A stretch of DNA of 63,070 bases, counting the filler, from Octopus bimaculoides (lineage: Eukaryota), in the NCBI RefSeq assembly GCF_001194135.2. It is 5 parts of 4 records of this genome, joined end to end, with 100 filler letters (N's around TTAATTAATTAA, not from the genome) between each part and the next. Parts side by side here need not be neighbours in the genome. Positions count along the whole stretch, not along the records: positions 11,617 to 27,124 come from NC_068981.1; positions 27,225 to 48,156 come from NC_068981.1; 3 more parts are not named here. One strand, given 5' to 3'. This document shows, one piece after another, positions 12,813-28,001 of the stretch; position 1 is the first letter of the stretch; each line of letters begins with the position of its first letter. Position numbers and translations under genes: made by a program. A model generated the notes under the pieces. The model made no database searches, was not told the origin of the DNA, and saw only the letters and a program-made list of their open reading frames with translations.

Positions 12813-13261
12813 TTTATAGAGACATGAAATATAAAGGCAATGAGAAATTGTATATGTTCACAGAAAACATGAACCATGATACCTCAATCCCCATCCATCT
12901 CGCAAGTTTCAGCAATGTAAAATGTCTAAATATGTAGGCACCCACAAAGCTTTAAATATAGCCACGTATATTAGCGACTCAATCGTTAATGTCATCCATG
13001 TTATATTGTTAAATAATGAATCTCCACCGAGAAAGATACTTTCACAATGCTCTGCAATCGTAGCCAGACTGATATTTAGGACTTTTCGGTTTCTCCAATC
13101 TAGAAGCGAATGGCATAGACAACTTTTTCAGCATCAGGAGTATCGCGGATAGAATCCAGGATGAAAAAAAAACGAAAAAGACACACGAAATATCCTTGTA
13201 TTCTGAATCTGAGAAAATTCTTGGAAGCTGTTGAATATTATAAGCTGTATCTAGGATCAAG

Positions 13262-13263
<2 letters not shown>

Positions 13264-13317
<54 letters not shown>

Positions 13318-13422
13318 NNNNNNNNNNNNNNNNNNNNNNNNNNNNNNNNNNNNNNNNNNNNNNNNNNNNNNNNNNNNNNNNNNNNNNNNNNNNNNNNNNN
13401 NNNNNNNNNNNNNNNNNNNNNN

Positions 13423-13478
<56 letters not shown>
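13264..13478. repeat. (CT)n microsatellite spanning an N gap
   Basis: Read directly. Confidence 0.95.
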
Positions 13479-13480
<2 letters not shown>

Positions 13481-14254
13481 AAAAACCGCTTGCGCTGTCT
13501 TTTGCTTTAAAACATTGTGACTACAAATTGCGGGAACTGTCGTATTTTTATCTTGAAATCTTGTCTGAAACCACCTAAATATGAATTAGTACAATTTATA
13601 TTGGTTATCCAAAACACCTAACTGAAATAGTAGCTAGTACAATACAAAATATCGATTCATAGTCATAAATGTCATAGGACAAATATGTTAGTGTGCAGTT
13701 TCATAACGTATTGAATACCGATATTGATTTCTATCCTACGCACACAAACCTTTTCGAAGAACATGTCCGTGCAACCAATTTGTTTTAAATCCATAATTTT
13801 ACTATTAGATATTTTATCGACCAAGAAAAGGAGAGTAGGAAAGTAAAATTGTCTTTAGTTTCTTCTTGATCTCCGATGCATATAGGCTGAGACTAAGTAA
13901 TCTTTAATGCATTTAGCCGGGTGTTGAAGCAGTTCTACAGCCTAATAATGTTCAACTCTTCTAATTTCGTTCGACAATTCTAATTTTGAGATGAGGCACT
14001 ATGTTAGAATTACAAAATTGCAGTTTATAGGGAATTAGGCTCCAACATAAATTGAAAAGTTTTATATAGTTAGTTACAATGTATTACAGGGACATCTAAA
14101 TGACTCGTCCTATGATGATCATTGTTCTACAGCCCTCATTCTAAACAACCATCCACCATTCACCACTTTAGCATTCATACAGATAAGCAACCTCATCTTA
14201 TATATATATTACATATTTGTTTGAGTTTCTGTGTGTGTATGTGTGTGTGTGTGT

Positions 14255-14290
<36 letters not shown>

Positions 14291-16566
14291 ACCGAGCGAT
14301 AGACTCCTTGCAATAGATAGATTTGAAATCCAAACAACGGCTGAATATATCATATAATGTTAGAACTAATTTCACTACGAGTGCTTAAATTGTGGGTTGG
14401 ATTTTGCTGGATAGATTTTGCACACGGATCATTTATAGTAGTATCAATCAGAGGCTAAGCAAATGTAACCGAGAAATATGCTACACTTCAGTGTTTATAT
14501 GTTAGCTAATGCTGGCCGTGAACAAGATTTTCTCAATGCAGATTTTATACCATTATGTGTAAGACTACACAGAACTGTTAAAGTTGAGAATACTAAGCTG
14601 GCTATTAAGGAAAGCAAAGGATAGATCACATAAATGAGTGCAAATTTTAGTGTAAAGTTTTTTAATATTATTCTTGTTTGCGACAAAGTGTCATCCGTAA
14701 GAGAGCTCGGACAAGAATCGGATTAGTTCACGTTCAGACGATGAAAATAGACATTGTGAACAAAGTGCTATCAGATAAGAATAAGCATCAAAGTAGTTAA
14801 AGTGTTATCAGAAATTAATGTTTGCTTCAGATATTTTATAAAACTTCGAAAATATTAGTTACCAATGACTCTAAGATGTAGGTGCTGCTTTTCAAATATG
14901 TGACAGCTGTGAATACGTAAAAAATGGAAAGACGTATTTGAAATTTAAAATATGAACCTTTCTAGACAAAATAAAAATAAACAAATAGACATTTATATGA
15001 ACATTGACACTGAACCATCATCAATCAAATGGATGCTTATTATTTACGTTTTTATCCAGACGAAGTAAATCACATGAAATTCACGAGGAGGAGCTTTAAA
15101 ATTAAAAACCGAGTTAGAAAATCAGATAGCAATAAGTGTATTTTTGACATACAGTTAATGATGGACATAATGAAATATACTTTTAATTCAAATATCATAT
15201 TAAATATTATTATATCCAATTGCAACGTGGAAAAGATATTGCAGCTATTTGACTTATAAATCATTTACTGAAGTTAATGTGCAGAAAATTGCTAAATAGG
15301 GTCTTCTCAGCTGTAGATTCTGTTTCCTTTCAGCATACGTTCTCAAATCAAATCATTTGCCAAATAATTGCAACTCTTAAATACTATATTATACAGGAAA
15401 ATAAATCGAATTATATAATAATATTTAACCAAACTTTAGATGGCTATATGCTTCTGAAATTACATGCACTGAAATATATAGTAACAAATGTATCAAACAA
15501 CCACTGAAAAGAATATTAGAGCGATTGCTTAATTTATAAATCATTATACAAATATATAGACACCGTATTGTTTATGATACCAGTTCTATGAATGCAGTGG
15601 AACTGCAAGTTTTAGGGCTCAATTGAAAGACATTTGGTCTCTTATAATTAAGAATACATTAGCATAGTAAGGAACTGGATAACATTATTAATATGAGAAT
15701 AGGATATTTCTTAAGGATCTGAACACACTGAAGTTGCAAATATCATAATAGTAACGAGAAAATTAACGTCAGGCAAAACAAGGTTTTGTATTTTAATCTA
15801 AGGAACGTCCTGATGAAAGTAATGAGCCTTACATACTATGCTTCATCAGTTTTAGTTCTCACCGAATAAGGTGGATGTATTTAGAAGATAATGTCTAAAT
15901 TGGCTGAATTCAGTACGTTGAGCTCCCCAGTTTTCTTTAAGGATAACATTCAAATTTTAATTCAGTATAATTATCAAAACGTCGTTTCGTATGCCTCTTA
16001 CATATTCTTTCTTCTTTGACGTTTTCTTTATGTTCAAAACGACAACATCCGGCGATATTGTTTTATTTGGGCAGGGCCATTGCACAAACAATAAAAAATT
16101 TCCCACTGGTCCAATTTCATTTCTTTATTATCATTTATCAATTAGGTGCTTATATTACCAAATAAGCAATCGATTGCTTGAGTAATCATTCAGTTAATCA
16201 ACCACATAATCGATTAGGTTTTTCTTCGTTTAATACCTAAACAGTTGAATAATAATTTCGAATAAAAAATGAACCAGTGAGTCAGATTTTTAATGGTGCA
16301 ATGACCCTCCCCAAATACAATAAATTGTGTTAAACAATCGAGTACACATCAAGAATACAAAAACGAAAAACGTTCAAATATATAATTTAATCTTTGCTTT
16401 TAAACGCAATGCTACACATGATTCTACTTTACACTCGAGCATACATACAATACCGGTAGGTATTCAGGCACCTAATTGCTTACCTATGAACCAGTGTCAA
16501 TATATTTATATATGATTGTTTGCATGCACGCATATATGTACGCATCAATCAATCTATCTATCTATA

Positions 16567-16601
<35 letters not shown>

Positions 16602-19600
16602 ATTTACACTTATATATTTATACATACACACACACACACANNNNNNNNNNNNNNNNNNNNNNNNNNNNNNNNNNNNNNNNNNNNNNNNNNNNNNNNNNNN
16701 NNNNNNNNNNNNNNNNNNNNNNNNNNNNNNNNNNNNNNNNNNNNNNNNNNNNNNNNNNNNNNNNNNNNNNNNNNNNNNNNNNNNNNNNNNNNNNNNNNNN
16801 NNNNNNNNNNNNNNNNNNNNNNNNNNNNATATATTTATGCATATATATGCATATATATACGTATATATACATATATAAACATATAAATACATATATGTAT
16901 ACATATATTCATACATGTACACCAGGTGATCAAGATGATACAACCATACACACATACATAGATACAAGCATACACACACACACACACATATTTATATTTA
17001 TATGTGTATGTCCGTATATGTGCACGTTCTTAGTTATATATAGTTGGGCTAATGTTGATATTTTTATCTTTTTCATCGGTTTGCGTTAGTTCTTTGAAAG
17101 TTTGATCACTTTAAAGTTAACCTCTTGGTAGAAAAGATACTTCGACTCTGAGATATGAAGCGACTGAGACACTACATTTGATTTCCCCAGGTGTGAAATC
17201 CTAGACAATAACTTAACTGAACAATTGTGACCTTATTCTCGAAGCAAATTGGATTAGCTGATATTAGACACCGTCTTTGTTTCCTTTAAATTTAGTCATT
17301 CGCATAGGAAATCTTTGTGAGATTCAGTGGGAATATTTTCAAGTAATTGTTATATTTTATAATCACCGTGATCAGGTACATTCTCACAGACATATTTTCA
17401 TTTATATAATGTAAAATGTCTGCAAATGTTATGCTAACTTCGAATGCACCTGTACAGAAATTCAAATATTCTAAAAGTACATCTTCCAAAAAAATATTTA
17501 GTGAGGGCGAAGAAATCAGCGATTTATTAAACCGTCAACACTCCCGTATACAAAATCTATGTTTATTTTACAGAAGAAAATACACAGTATACAAATAATC
17601 CTTTGAAATATCTTGAAAGTAAGTTTAGAACGGTTCTTTCTATATAGGTCATTCTTTGAAATAATGCATTTCCAAACCCTTCAAGATTCACTAGCAAATG
17701 TTCTAAACAAGTAAGCGATAAGAGTATTTCGCAGGTTGCGCGACATGCGAAAAGTGTTTCATAGTCTTTCATGACAGCAAGTATAGAAAATCTGATTAGC
17801 TGCAGTTTTAAAGAGAGCTTCTCTCTATGATCCATAACACAAACTCTTTACATGCATTATATACACTAATATTTTACTATGATTGTGGTAATCTATGCTA
17901 TTGTTGATAATTTTCTACAAGAAATTTTTAGCTGACATCATGTCGAATACCAAGGAAAAAGAAAAACATTAATATATACATATATATGCATATATATACA
18001 TACATACATACATACATATATATNNNNNNNNNNNNNNNNNNNNNNNNNNNNNNNNNNNNNNNNNNNNNNNNNNNNNNNNNNNNNNNNNNNNNNNNNNNNN
18101 NNNNNNNNNNNNNNNNNNNNNNNNNNNNNNNNNNNNNNNNNNNNNNNNNNNNNNNNNNNNNNNNNNNNNNNNNNNNNNNNNNNNNNNNNNNNNNNNNNNN
18201 NNNNNNNNNNNNNNNNNNNNNNNNNNNNNNNNNNNNNNNNNNNNNNNNNNNNNNNNNNNNNNNNNNNNNNNNNNNNNNNNNNNNNNNNNNNNNNNNNNNN
18301 NNNNNNNNNNNNNNNNNNNNNNNNNNNNNNNNNNNNNNNNNNNATATATACACATACATATAAATACATATATTATACATAAATATATACATGCAAAACT
18401 AACAGATTGCATTCCACAATTTTACATTGGGATTTTTTGACAAAACAATGTAATTGTTCCAGGGTAAATGGAAGGCGAAAACAACGGCTTCTATCTTGGC
18501 ATTCACTCGTGGAAAGGTTACATTAAAAAAGTGAGCCAAATTTGAAATCTTTATCTGTTAACACACAATCACAGAAAGCAAAAAATATCAACATTCCAAT
18601 GGAAAAATAAAACACGAAGAACACTTTTGACGAGAACAAAATCAACTACTACAACAACAATAAACAACATTATGCATAAATTTATCACGTCATGCGTAAA
18701 CAGGAATTACGGAATCTGTCATTCTTAAATGTTCTTCCAAGCAAGAAACTCTCAACATGGAGCATAATCTTGGAAGATTACAGCCATGGGAACAGTTTGT
18801 ATATAGGATAGGAATATCCGTGAAAAAGCTGCTATAACAGCTCTAAGATAAAGAAAATAACCTACTTGTTTGTTAAAGGTAAATTTGTTTTCCTTACTCA
18901 ATCAAAGCATTTATTGGAAACAGCCCCAACAGATAATTTTAGAGAAACTGCATTCATTTTGGGAATGAATATGAGAGGGAATGCATATGTTTCATATTTC
19001 AAACCTAGGCAGAAGCGCAGGCCCAAATAATATGGGACATACTTTCGCGCAGTTTTTTCATACAGTATTTGTTAAGGAAGAGCACAGCTGTCATATCACG
19101 CTCGTGTGCGATGATGTTGAGCCTATGACTAATGACCGAATTCCTGACAAAATATGGGCTAACATTACAGATAAATCATTTTTGCTGTATAGATAGGTCA
19201 GATCGTTATGATCATATCATTTATATTCTACTGCAACAACATAAAATAACACATGAACTCCTCTTTGGTAGAGCTTGCTGATGAGAGGAATTAAAAACTC
19301 ATTATTCGATTTGCTTGATCCAAGTTCAAATCTGTTAGCACTGTAATAATGTTTGTCTAATGAAAGCCTAAAAGTAGTATTATGAGCACAATGAAACATG
19401 AAGACTGTGAATCTTGAATCTATACTGGTTTGTTATTTGGAGCTAAAAATATAACCCTAAAACCAACTTTTGAAGCCAGAACTGTTGAAAGAAGGTCACT
19501 GAAATAAGAATAACATACAGTATTTATCGAACAAATATTTGTGCCACCTCATTCAGATATGAGGCCAGGAAAGAGACTGTGAAGAAAACTTACTTTCTCG

Positions 19601-19875
19601 TGAGAAAAATACTCTTTTGTTGTGAAGCAATCAATAGCTATTCGCAAGAAAAAGACATCTCTAATGATAATCATAATTTATATTGAAGCGATATCTGAGA
19701 TTAGACGTGATTTTGTTATTTGAATACCCGACCACAATAGATCATGAAGTCCCCAAATAGCTTTGCTGTGTCCTTTTCTACCTACGTTTTCGCCATATTA
19801 TTACAGAACACGCAGAAAACAATTCTGGGGACATTTTCATACCTTCCCTTATATTCTCTTGCAATCAATTTGCTA

Positions 19876-20050
<175 letters not shown>

Positions 20051-22642
20051 GGGAGCAGGAGGGACAGAAGTAAGTCGAGCAGGATAAGAGGGGACAGGGG
20101 AGCAGCATTGTTGTTGCTGTTTTAAAGGTGGAGAATCTTTAGCAATTCGACCAAAATTCTAAACGGCATATTTCACGAAAGCAAATTCCACCGACGTCTA
20201 CATTCATTTCATTATTTTGGTGTCACTAAATTGACCATTGATGCCGATGCAATAAGTTAATCATTTTCCTTGTAAAAAAAAATTGTAAATAATGCTATTG
20301 ATATTTCACTGATAGAAGGACAAAGAAAATTGCTATGATAGTAAATGATAACGATATATAGGTAAAAATGTTTAAAAATGTAAATTTTCTGCCCTTATAT
20401 CACATTAATATAAAATTATACCTTAAATATTCAGTAGCTGATAATGTCCTTTTATTACGTTGTGTATTGGTATAAATATCATGGACCATACATACACTGC
20501 TGTCGTTTCATGAGTAAATATTTAACAAAAGGAAAATATAATCATAAATACATTTTAAATACTCTTCCACTTATATTTGACTATGTATTTTCTAATGTGC
20601 GGATTATTTCCGTATTATAACACAAGATAAACAAGTAAGAAATTCAATATAGCCTTTGGATATCATCTTGAATTAGTTTCTAATATATATGCCAATAGCA
20701 ACATATAGTTTATTTTGGGTAACTTGAATTCTTACTTTAATTCTTATATATAATGTCAATTTTCTAAAATACATATAATTCTCCAAATTACTTTTCATTG
20801 TATGAAAAATAAGCAATATGAATACAGTTTTAAAAAAACTCATTCTTATGCTTTCATTTAATATTGTACAATAGGATTGTATTAGACAATGTTAGCACTC
20901 GATTTTATTATTGTTAACGCTGTCACCATCATCATCATCATCAACATTCTCCTCCTCCTCACCTTCATCATCACTCTTTCTTTGCTTCTTTTTTTTTCTT
21001 CTTTTTTTTCCTTCTTTCTTTTTTTCTATTTTTATTTCCTTCTTTCTTTTTTCCTTCTTTCCTTCCTTCTTTCCTTCCTTCTTTCCTTCTTTCCTTCCTT
21101 CTTTCCTTCTTTCCTTCTTTCCTTTTTTTTTCTTCTTATCGTCAAGATTGCCCCGACTCCTTCCTTTGTTAATATTCTGCATTTGAACCACAATCATATA
21201 TCTAAATCCACAGGAGCGAAATAGATTTGTTTTTAATCTGCAAGCGTGAATAGAGCAATTGTAAATGGCACACTTGGAGTGATATCCCTATTGTAAAACG
21301 TGACAAAATTTGAGGGGCTATATGGCTACTTTTCAAGACGAGAAACTGACTATTACTGACTCCATCCGCGTGCAAGTATATTTAATGAAATATGGTATTC
21401 CAATCGTTTCAAATGAACAGAGTATCAATAACAGTAGTTTCTTTTCTCTTGCATTTATATGGGATATCAAACAAAATTTTCATGTACTTGATCAATCTTA
21501 ATTCAACACATTTAACGTTTTGTATTGTAGTCTTATTTTGTAGATTTGTTAAACAACATTATTGTTGTCTACTTGATATTTCATATGCACATATACCTGA
21601 AAGTAACCCGCATTTTGTTACCTTTTTAACCACAGTTGCTTACATTGAGCCGGCAAATAGTCAAGCGCCTTATGTTATCGAGCGAGGAATTATGAAATGA
21701 ACTCGGAAGGAATTAAACGAGGGAGATGAATATTTATAGGTATAAGCCGAAGGACAATATGTCTCATACTAGAGCTGCTTCCACCTCAAGGAGTTGATCT
21801 GTATTAGGTATTGCAATTTTAAACACTCCACATTAATCTTTTTAAGAAATTCTCGAATTCTTGTACATGTGCATAAGTGCGTGCGTATGATTATGAGAAT
21901 AATTCAATAAAATATCCACATGTTGCAATTGAAATAAAGAAAATAAGTAATGCTTTAGAAACGCATATTTTGCTCAGAAAAAGTGTTTTTCCATCAGCAT
22001 GTGTATTATATGTTAATTGATCGCATCGTACGTTCAAAAAACAACATAAATATATATCCAAAGTCAAACGATCATAAGTCGAGAGCGACTGAGATACACA
22101 AAAGAAAGAATAGAGAAGTTAAATGGAGTTCGGCATAAAGAACTGGAAAGCTACTTGAAGATCGCACTAAAATCACCTACACACCAAACAAGCTTTCGTT
22201 CCTCTCAAGTTTCCCTTTATTGATTGTAACCCCTTTGCTTTCATGGGACCCGAAGGGCGGAATATTTGACGCTATTCTGTTTTGTGTGATGCATATCGAT
22301 CCTTCTGTGAAGTTTCGTCAATAAATGAAAACGTTGCTTCATGAGAAATGTACAACATTCCACTTCTTTGTCTCACTCACAGCCCTTCCATGTAAATATA
22401 AATATAGACATATATATATNNNNNNNNNNNNNNNNNNNNNNNNNNNNNNNNNNNNNNNNNNNNNNNNNNNNNNNNNNNNNNNNNNNNNNNNNNNNNNNNN
22501 NNNNNNNNNNNNNNNNNNNNNNNNNNNNNNNNNNNNNNNNNNNNNNNNNNNNNNNNNNNNNNNNNNNNNNNNNNNNNNNNNNNNNNNNNNNNNNNNNNNN
22601 NNNNNNNNNNNNNNNNNNNNNNNNNNNNNNNNNNNNNNNNNN

Positions 22643-22675
<33 letters not shown>

Positions 22676-23648
22676 CGGTGTGGAAGAGTTAGAAGTATCG
22701 GTTAAGGTTATCATATTCTTAAATCCCACAAATCCTCCTCGTAATATGTAAACTTTTTTCAGCATTCATACTGCTGTTACGTTCAAACGTCGAGAAAATA
22801 TGAATTTCAGTAGAAATAATTTACCATCTCCTAAATCTCAGGATTAGCGACATCTACTGCGATTTCATATTCATATCAGTGCATGTAAATCAGCTATTCA
22901 GATATATGAGATATTTATTTCTGAAATCAAATTATAAAAATATGATTAGCTCATCTTGGCGCGTAATATTAATAAAGCTCCTAAGATTCAGATTGTCGCA
23001 TTTTATATCCCAGTCATATAAGATTTTATAACACCGAAAAATATTTATTTCTGTATATGTTATTGCGAACTTCTGTTCGGTAAATCTCATATTTTATACA
23101 GCCAACAACATAGAACGTTCATCTCTCTCGTTAGAAATATACGGTTCATAACTAGATGCCAATGGATTCCTCGATAAATGTTTCATCTGAAATGAAACGA
23201 CACGCTCTGATGCATTGTTGTCTATTATTTGTAATCTCGTTATACATTAACCACTGAATTAACTTTAACTCAGAAGCCTTTAAATAGAAATGCATGATTT
23301 AATGATAATTTCGTTTGTTAATGTATTTTACTGAAAAGGTGACAACAAAATAAATATACTTGTGCGGATCAAGCACTGAATTACAAACATATATTGTTTA
23401 TGTAACTCTCTTCTTGTATGATTATAAGTAAACATTCTCCAGGCGTTAGTCATTACCTCTACATATGCAAAAATACATATACACTCAATCATACTTATAC
23501 ATATACAAATATAGATATGTGTGTATATATATATATATATATNNNNNNNNNNNNNNNNNNNNNNNNNNNNNNNNNNNNNNNNNNNNNNNNNNNNNNNNNN
23601 NNNNNNNNNNNNNNNNNNNNNNNNNNNNNNNNNNNNNNNNNNTATATA

Positions 23649-23683
<35 letters not shown>

Positions 23684-25206
23684 ACGCGCATGTACAAAGA
23701 GAAAAAGAAAGGAGAGGGAGTAAAAATGAAAGTGATTGAGAAGATATTTCACATACATCAAAAGTTGTAGGGAAAAGAAATGTACGTGTGTTGCTTTATT
23801 ATAATTAGTCAGAATTTCAGAATTTACATATCAGATTCTCATATGATATAAGATAACGTTCATAATTTACATATTTAATAGCTTGCGACAGGTAGTCTGG
23901 TCACAAATTTTCATTGGGGAATTTACCTGAAACAAACTTCTGACAAATATTTCCATGCCAAAATCGTAGTAACAGTGTTTTTTTTAAATCAATAGGCCAT
24001 TATTCATAAGATATCTCAGACTTCTTAAATACTAATAAATTCCGAATGCCTTATTTCTCTACTGTGTTATACACTGCTACTACGTGTTACATTTTTATCC
24101 TGTGAAGGAATGGGATTGCATTAATGATAGATGTATGAGATACAATTGAATGCCATAGTGCAGTAATGAATTATTGATCATTCACCCACTTCCTCGTGAC
24201 ATTGCCTTTATCGTCGTGTTGCTACACATATAATTCTGTAGTTATGCATCAGTAATCATATGCGTTGGTTGAGTTCACCAGCCATTGTTTACTAATATGT
24301 GTGTCGAAGCATTGCATTCATAAGGTCATGACATCATGAGTAGAAATTAAACATTTCTGAAGAAGAATGCATTTGAATAGATAAAAGATTGATATTTAGA
24401 TCTAAAGTGAATTTGTCGCATCACAATTTACATTGCCATGACAAATTTACCACCAATTATATGTAATTGCATTTATCACGATCTTATGCAACAATACTGA
24501 TGTTCTCAATTGTCCTTGAACATGATCTCATAAATATTTAAGTTTATACCTGCAACATTACAAAGCAAATATAATTCTATATTACTGAACAGTTTCATTT
24601 CAGCGTTCCAGGTTCTATATACATGCATATCAAAAGCAAGTTGTTTCCAAGTTTCCTATTTCTTGAAAATCACGGAAATAGCATCAGGCTTATGTTATGT
24701 CTGAGTACGAGTCAATTAATATATTTAGAAATGAAGTAAAATACTTAAATATATTAAAACAAGAAAACATTGCTGATAATTTCTTCTCGTTGCTTCTCTC
24801 AAACACTAAATAATAAACATATTCCACTATGTCTCTGCAAAAAGCATACATACATACATTTACACACAAATAAATGGATAGACAGATACATATTTGCATA
24901 CATGCATACATACATATATACATACATACATGCATACATACATAAAGAGATAGATAGATAGATACATTCATACATGAATAGATAGATAGTTACATACATA
25001 CCTACATACATAAATGCTTAAATACATACATACATAAATACATACATACATGCATACATACATACATACATACATACATACAGGCAACCGTTCTGGTATC
25101 GCACGTGTGTAATTATTGCTGATGTAAAGATGAAATAAGAAATATTGGAATCGTCGAGCTTCAGAGTGCGGTATAACTGTCTACGAATATTTCTACATAA
25201 TATTTT

Positions 25207-25566
25207 GGCGTGGCTGTTTGGTAAGTTGTCTTGTACACAACTACATGGTTCTGTGTTCAGTCCAGCTGTGTAGCATATTTGGAATGTAGCTTCTACTATA
25301 GTTCCGGGTCGACCAAAGCCTTGTAAGTGGATTTAGTTGGTTTAGATAGATATATATGTGTGTGCATAAATGTGTGTGAGTCTTTGTAGGTGACCCATAG
25401 CAGTATTTGACAACTGGCGTTGGTGTTTACGTCTCCGTAACTTAGTAGTTTGGCAAAAAGAACAGATAATACAAGCACCAGACTTTAAAAAACAACTGAG
25501 GTCGATTCATTCGACTAAAAATTGAAGACGATGCCCGAGGAAGGCTGCAGTCTGAAACAAGTAAAA
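25207..25566 (+). mobile_element. SINE family A, diverged near-full-length copy with internal TA/TG tract
   Basis: tRNA-like head (ggcgtggctgtttggtaag...ggttctgtgttcagtcc), body (ttctactatag...gaccaaagccttgtaagtggattt), internal microsatellite, and 3' part ending tgaaacaagtaaaa. Confidence 0.8.
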
Positions 25567-26849
25567 TATAAAGGATTCTGCAGAATAGTTTTATAATTGA
25601 TACATATATCTTCACATATCTATATAAACATTGTATTGTAACGTTATACACGGAAATAAATAAGTCAAGTTACGTTTCAAAACAATTCTCGAAAAAAGAA
25701 GCACTGCTCAATATGTATGTTTAAATAAAATTGTAGAATTAAAACAACGACTGAAAGGAAAGACTACCCAAGCAGTGGACCAGACTAATTTTGATTCTAA
25801 CAAAAATTGTCGAAAACTTTAAAGAAGACCATTGCCTGATTTGAAAAACAAATATAAATATCAGTGAATAAATAAAATAATCATGGTTAAACGCATAACT
25901 TTCAATCGAATCGTGACTATAATCACTGTATAAAATGGATTTACGATTTTAACAATGACTTATATGAAGCATGTATAAAATCTTATCCCCAAAATTAATT
26001 TCGGTTTTATGCAAAGGTTATAAAATTCCTCTAACACCTACACAGAATTAAATTAAATATTTCCCATAAACATTTAGATCAAGAAGCAAAATCAATCATG
26101 AGATGTAAATTTTAAAAAATCTAACGGAAACGTCTGATTCAAATCAGGTTGGCAATATAAAACCAACCACTGAAGGTATTGTTCCTACTTTCATTGACTG
26201 ACAACGAGAATGATCCGTTTAATCTTGTAATAAACAACGCACCAACAATGTTGCTGAAATCTATAGATATAACGTAGAAACTGAAGATCAGAAGAGAATG
26301 GTGGACATTTTAGAAATGTTCTTGGATAGTACGTTTCGACTTGTCCACAAAGTTAATTTGAATGACAGTTCATACATACCAGTGTATGTACAGAACCCAG
26401 TAAATTGGAATCAGATGCCGGGCACAAAATAGCAAACAGTACAGAGACATGAAAATAACCAACAAAACTATTAGATGTTTGGTATGTGTCTTGGCTATTA
26501 CTCTGCAAGTGTATTACAAAAAACTGAATCTATGCAAACGAGAGTCAATCACAAATCCTGAAACATCATTGGCACATAATTAAAAAATACAATTTTATTC
26601 TTGAGAAAAAGTATCTCACAGATCGTTGTAGTTATGAAGTGTGACACAAATTCCAAAACGTACCTCCTAAAACTCACAGATGCAATTGTAAATCTAAACT
26701 GTAAATATATACAAACAGCAAAGGTTCAATAACTTATCTACCAGGGATTCCAACGGCATGTGTGCATATACACTTGTGTATGTGTGTATATATATATAAG
26801 TTAAAAAAAGAAGGAAAAATACAAAAAAACAGCAACAGAAAACAACAAC

Positions 26850-27000
26850 GTAAGGACGTGATACAGATAGCGTTAGTAGAAGCTTGGGAAAGTAAAGAGT
26901 GAGAGTATGACGTTTCGAGCGGAGCTCTTCTTCGGAAACAAGGAAAGTTCAAAGAAGGAAAAATCGGAGGAAGAAAAAATCACCACCGATGTCCACGAGG
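26850..27000 (-). mobile_element. Probable Penelope-like terminal remnant with degenerate hammerhead-like core
   Basis: Minus strand 26935->26855 reads CCGAAGA-A-GAGC-tcc-GCTC-GAAA-CGTCATAC...GTATCACG-TC. Stems II and III can form; stem I cannot. Confidence 0.5.
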
Positions 27001-27042
<42 letters not shown>

Positions 27043-27288
27043 GTATATATACTTATATATGTATATGTGCATAAATAAATATGTAACTGAATAACATATA
27101 TAAGCATGCATATATGCATATATGNNNNNNNNNNNNNNNNNNNNNNNNNNNNNNNNNNNNNNNNNNNNTTAATTAATTAANNNNNNNNNNNNNNNNNNNN
27201 NNNNNNNNNNNNNNNNNNNNNNNNATACTGAAAATTTTCAGTATGTTGGAGAAGCAACTCAATTGCTAATCCCTGTATATTTATAATG

Positions 27289-27332
<44 letters not shown>

Positions 27333-28001
27333 CAGAGATACCTATAATAGGACATCTAACCCGCCAGAAAGAGCAGTCAAAACTCTATTCCACAATTAAG
27401 GATAATTTCGAAAGGGAATGAAAAATAAAAACATATTCCTAAAATTTTTTTCCTTCTCGTTTTTACTGTCGCATAAAGTAATATATGTTGCCTTAACACT
27501 GTGCGTATCGATAGTCCGAGTGAAATACAAAAACTACACTATAGCTGTAAGCTGATGATGTATGAAGAAAATTTGCAGGTGTTACTGACAGCATCATTGT
27601 GAAAATCATTAAAGTATAGACTATGATATTGGTTGCAGTTACTCTTGCTACTGTAATACGCTTTATTATCATTCAATTCGCTACAAATGGATCTCATATA
27701 GTTTCAGGGCTTACCACTAGTAAGATTAGAAACACTGTTTAATTAACAAGCACATCATTGATTTGCAATGTTGACATTAAACTCTTTGTAATTATAAATT
27801 TAAAGCTTGACAGGGAGTCCAAGAGGGATTTTATCAGGGAATTCAAATTTGCATTTGGAATTCCCTACAAAATGTAAATGCTTATTTTCACTTTTAGGAA
27901 ACATTTTCAGAAATCTCAGAAAATTCCCACTCCCGGATACGATGTATTCCTGCTTTCCTCTTCTCATGAGTTTTGAGGTGTATGCTATGACAAAAATGTT
28001 T

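Noticed and set aside
15808-15850. CTGATGA followed by a short inverted repeat
   Set aside because: No stem II + GAAA arrangement, so it is not a hammerhead.
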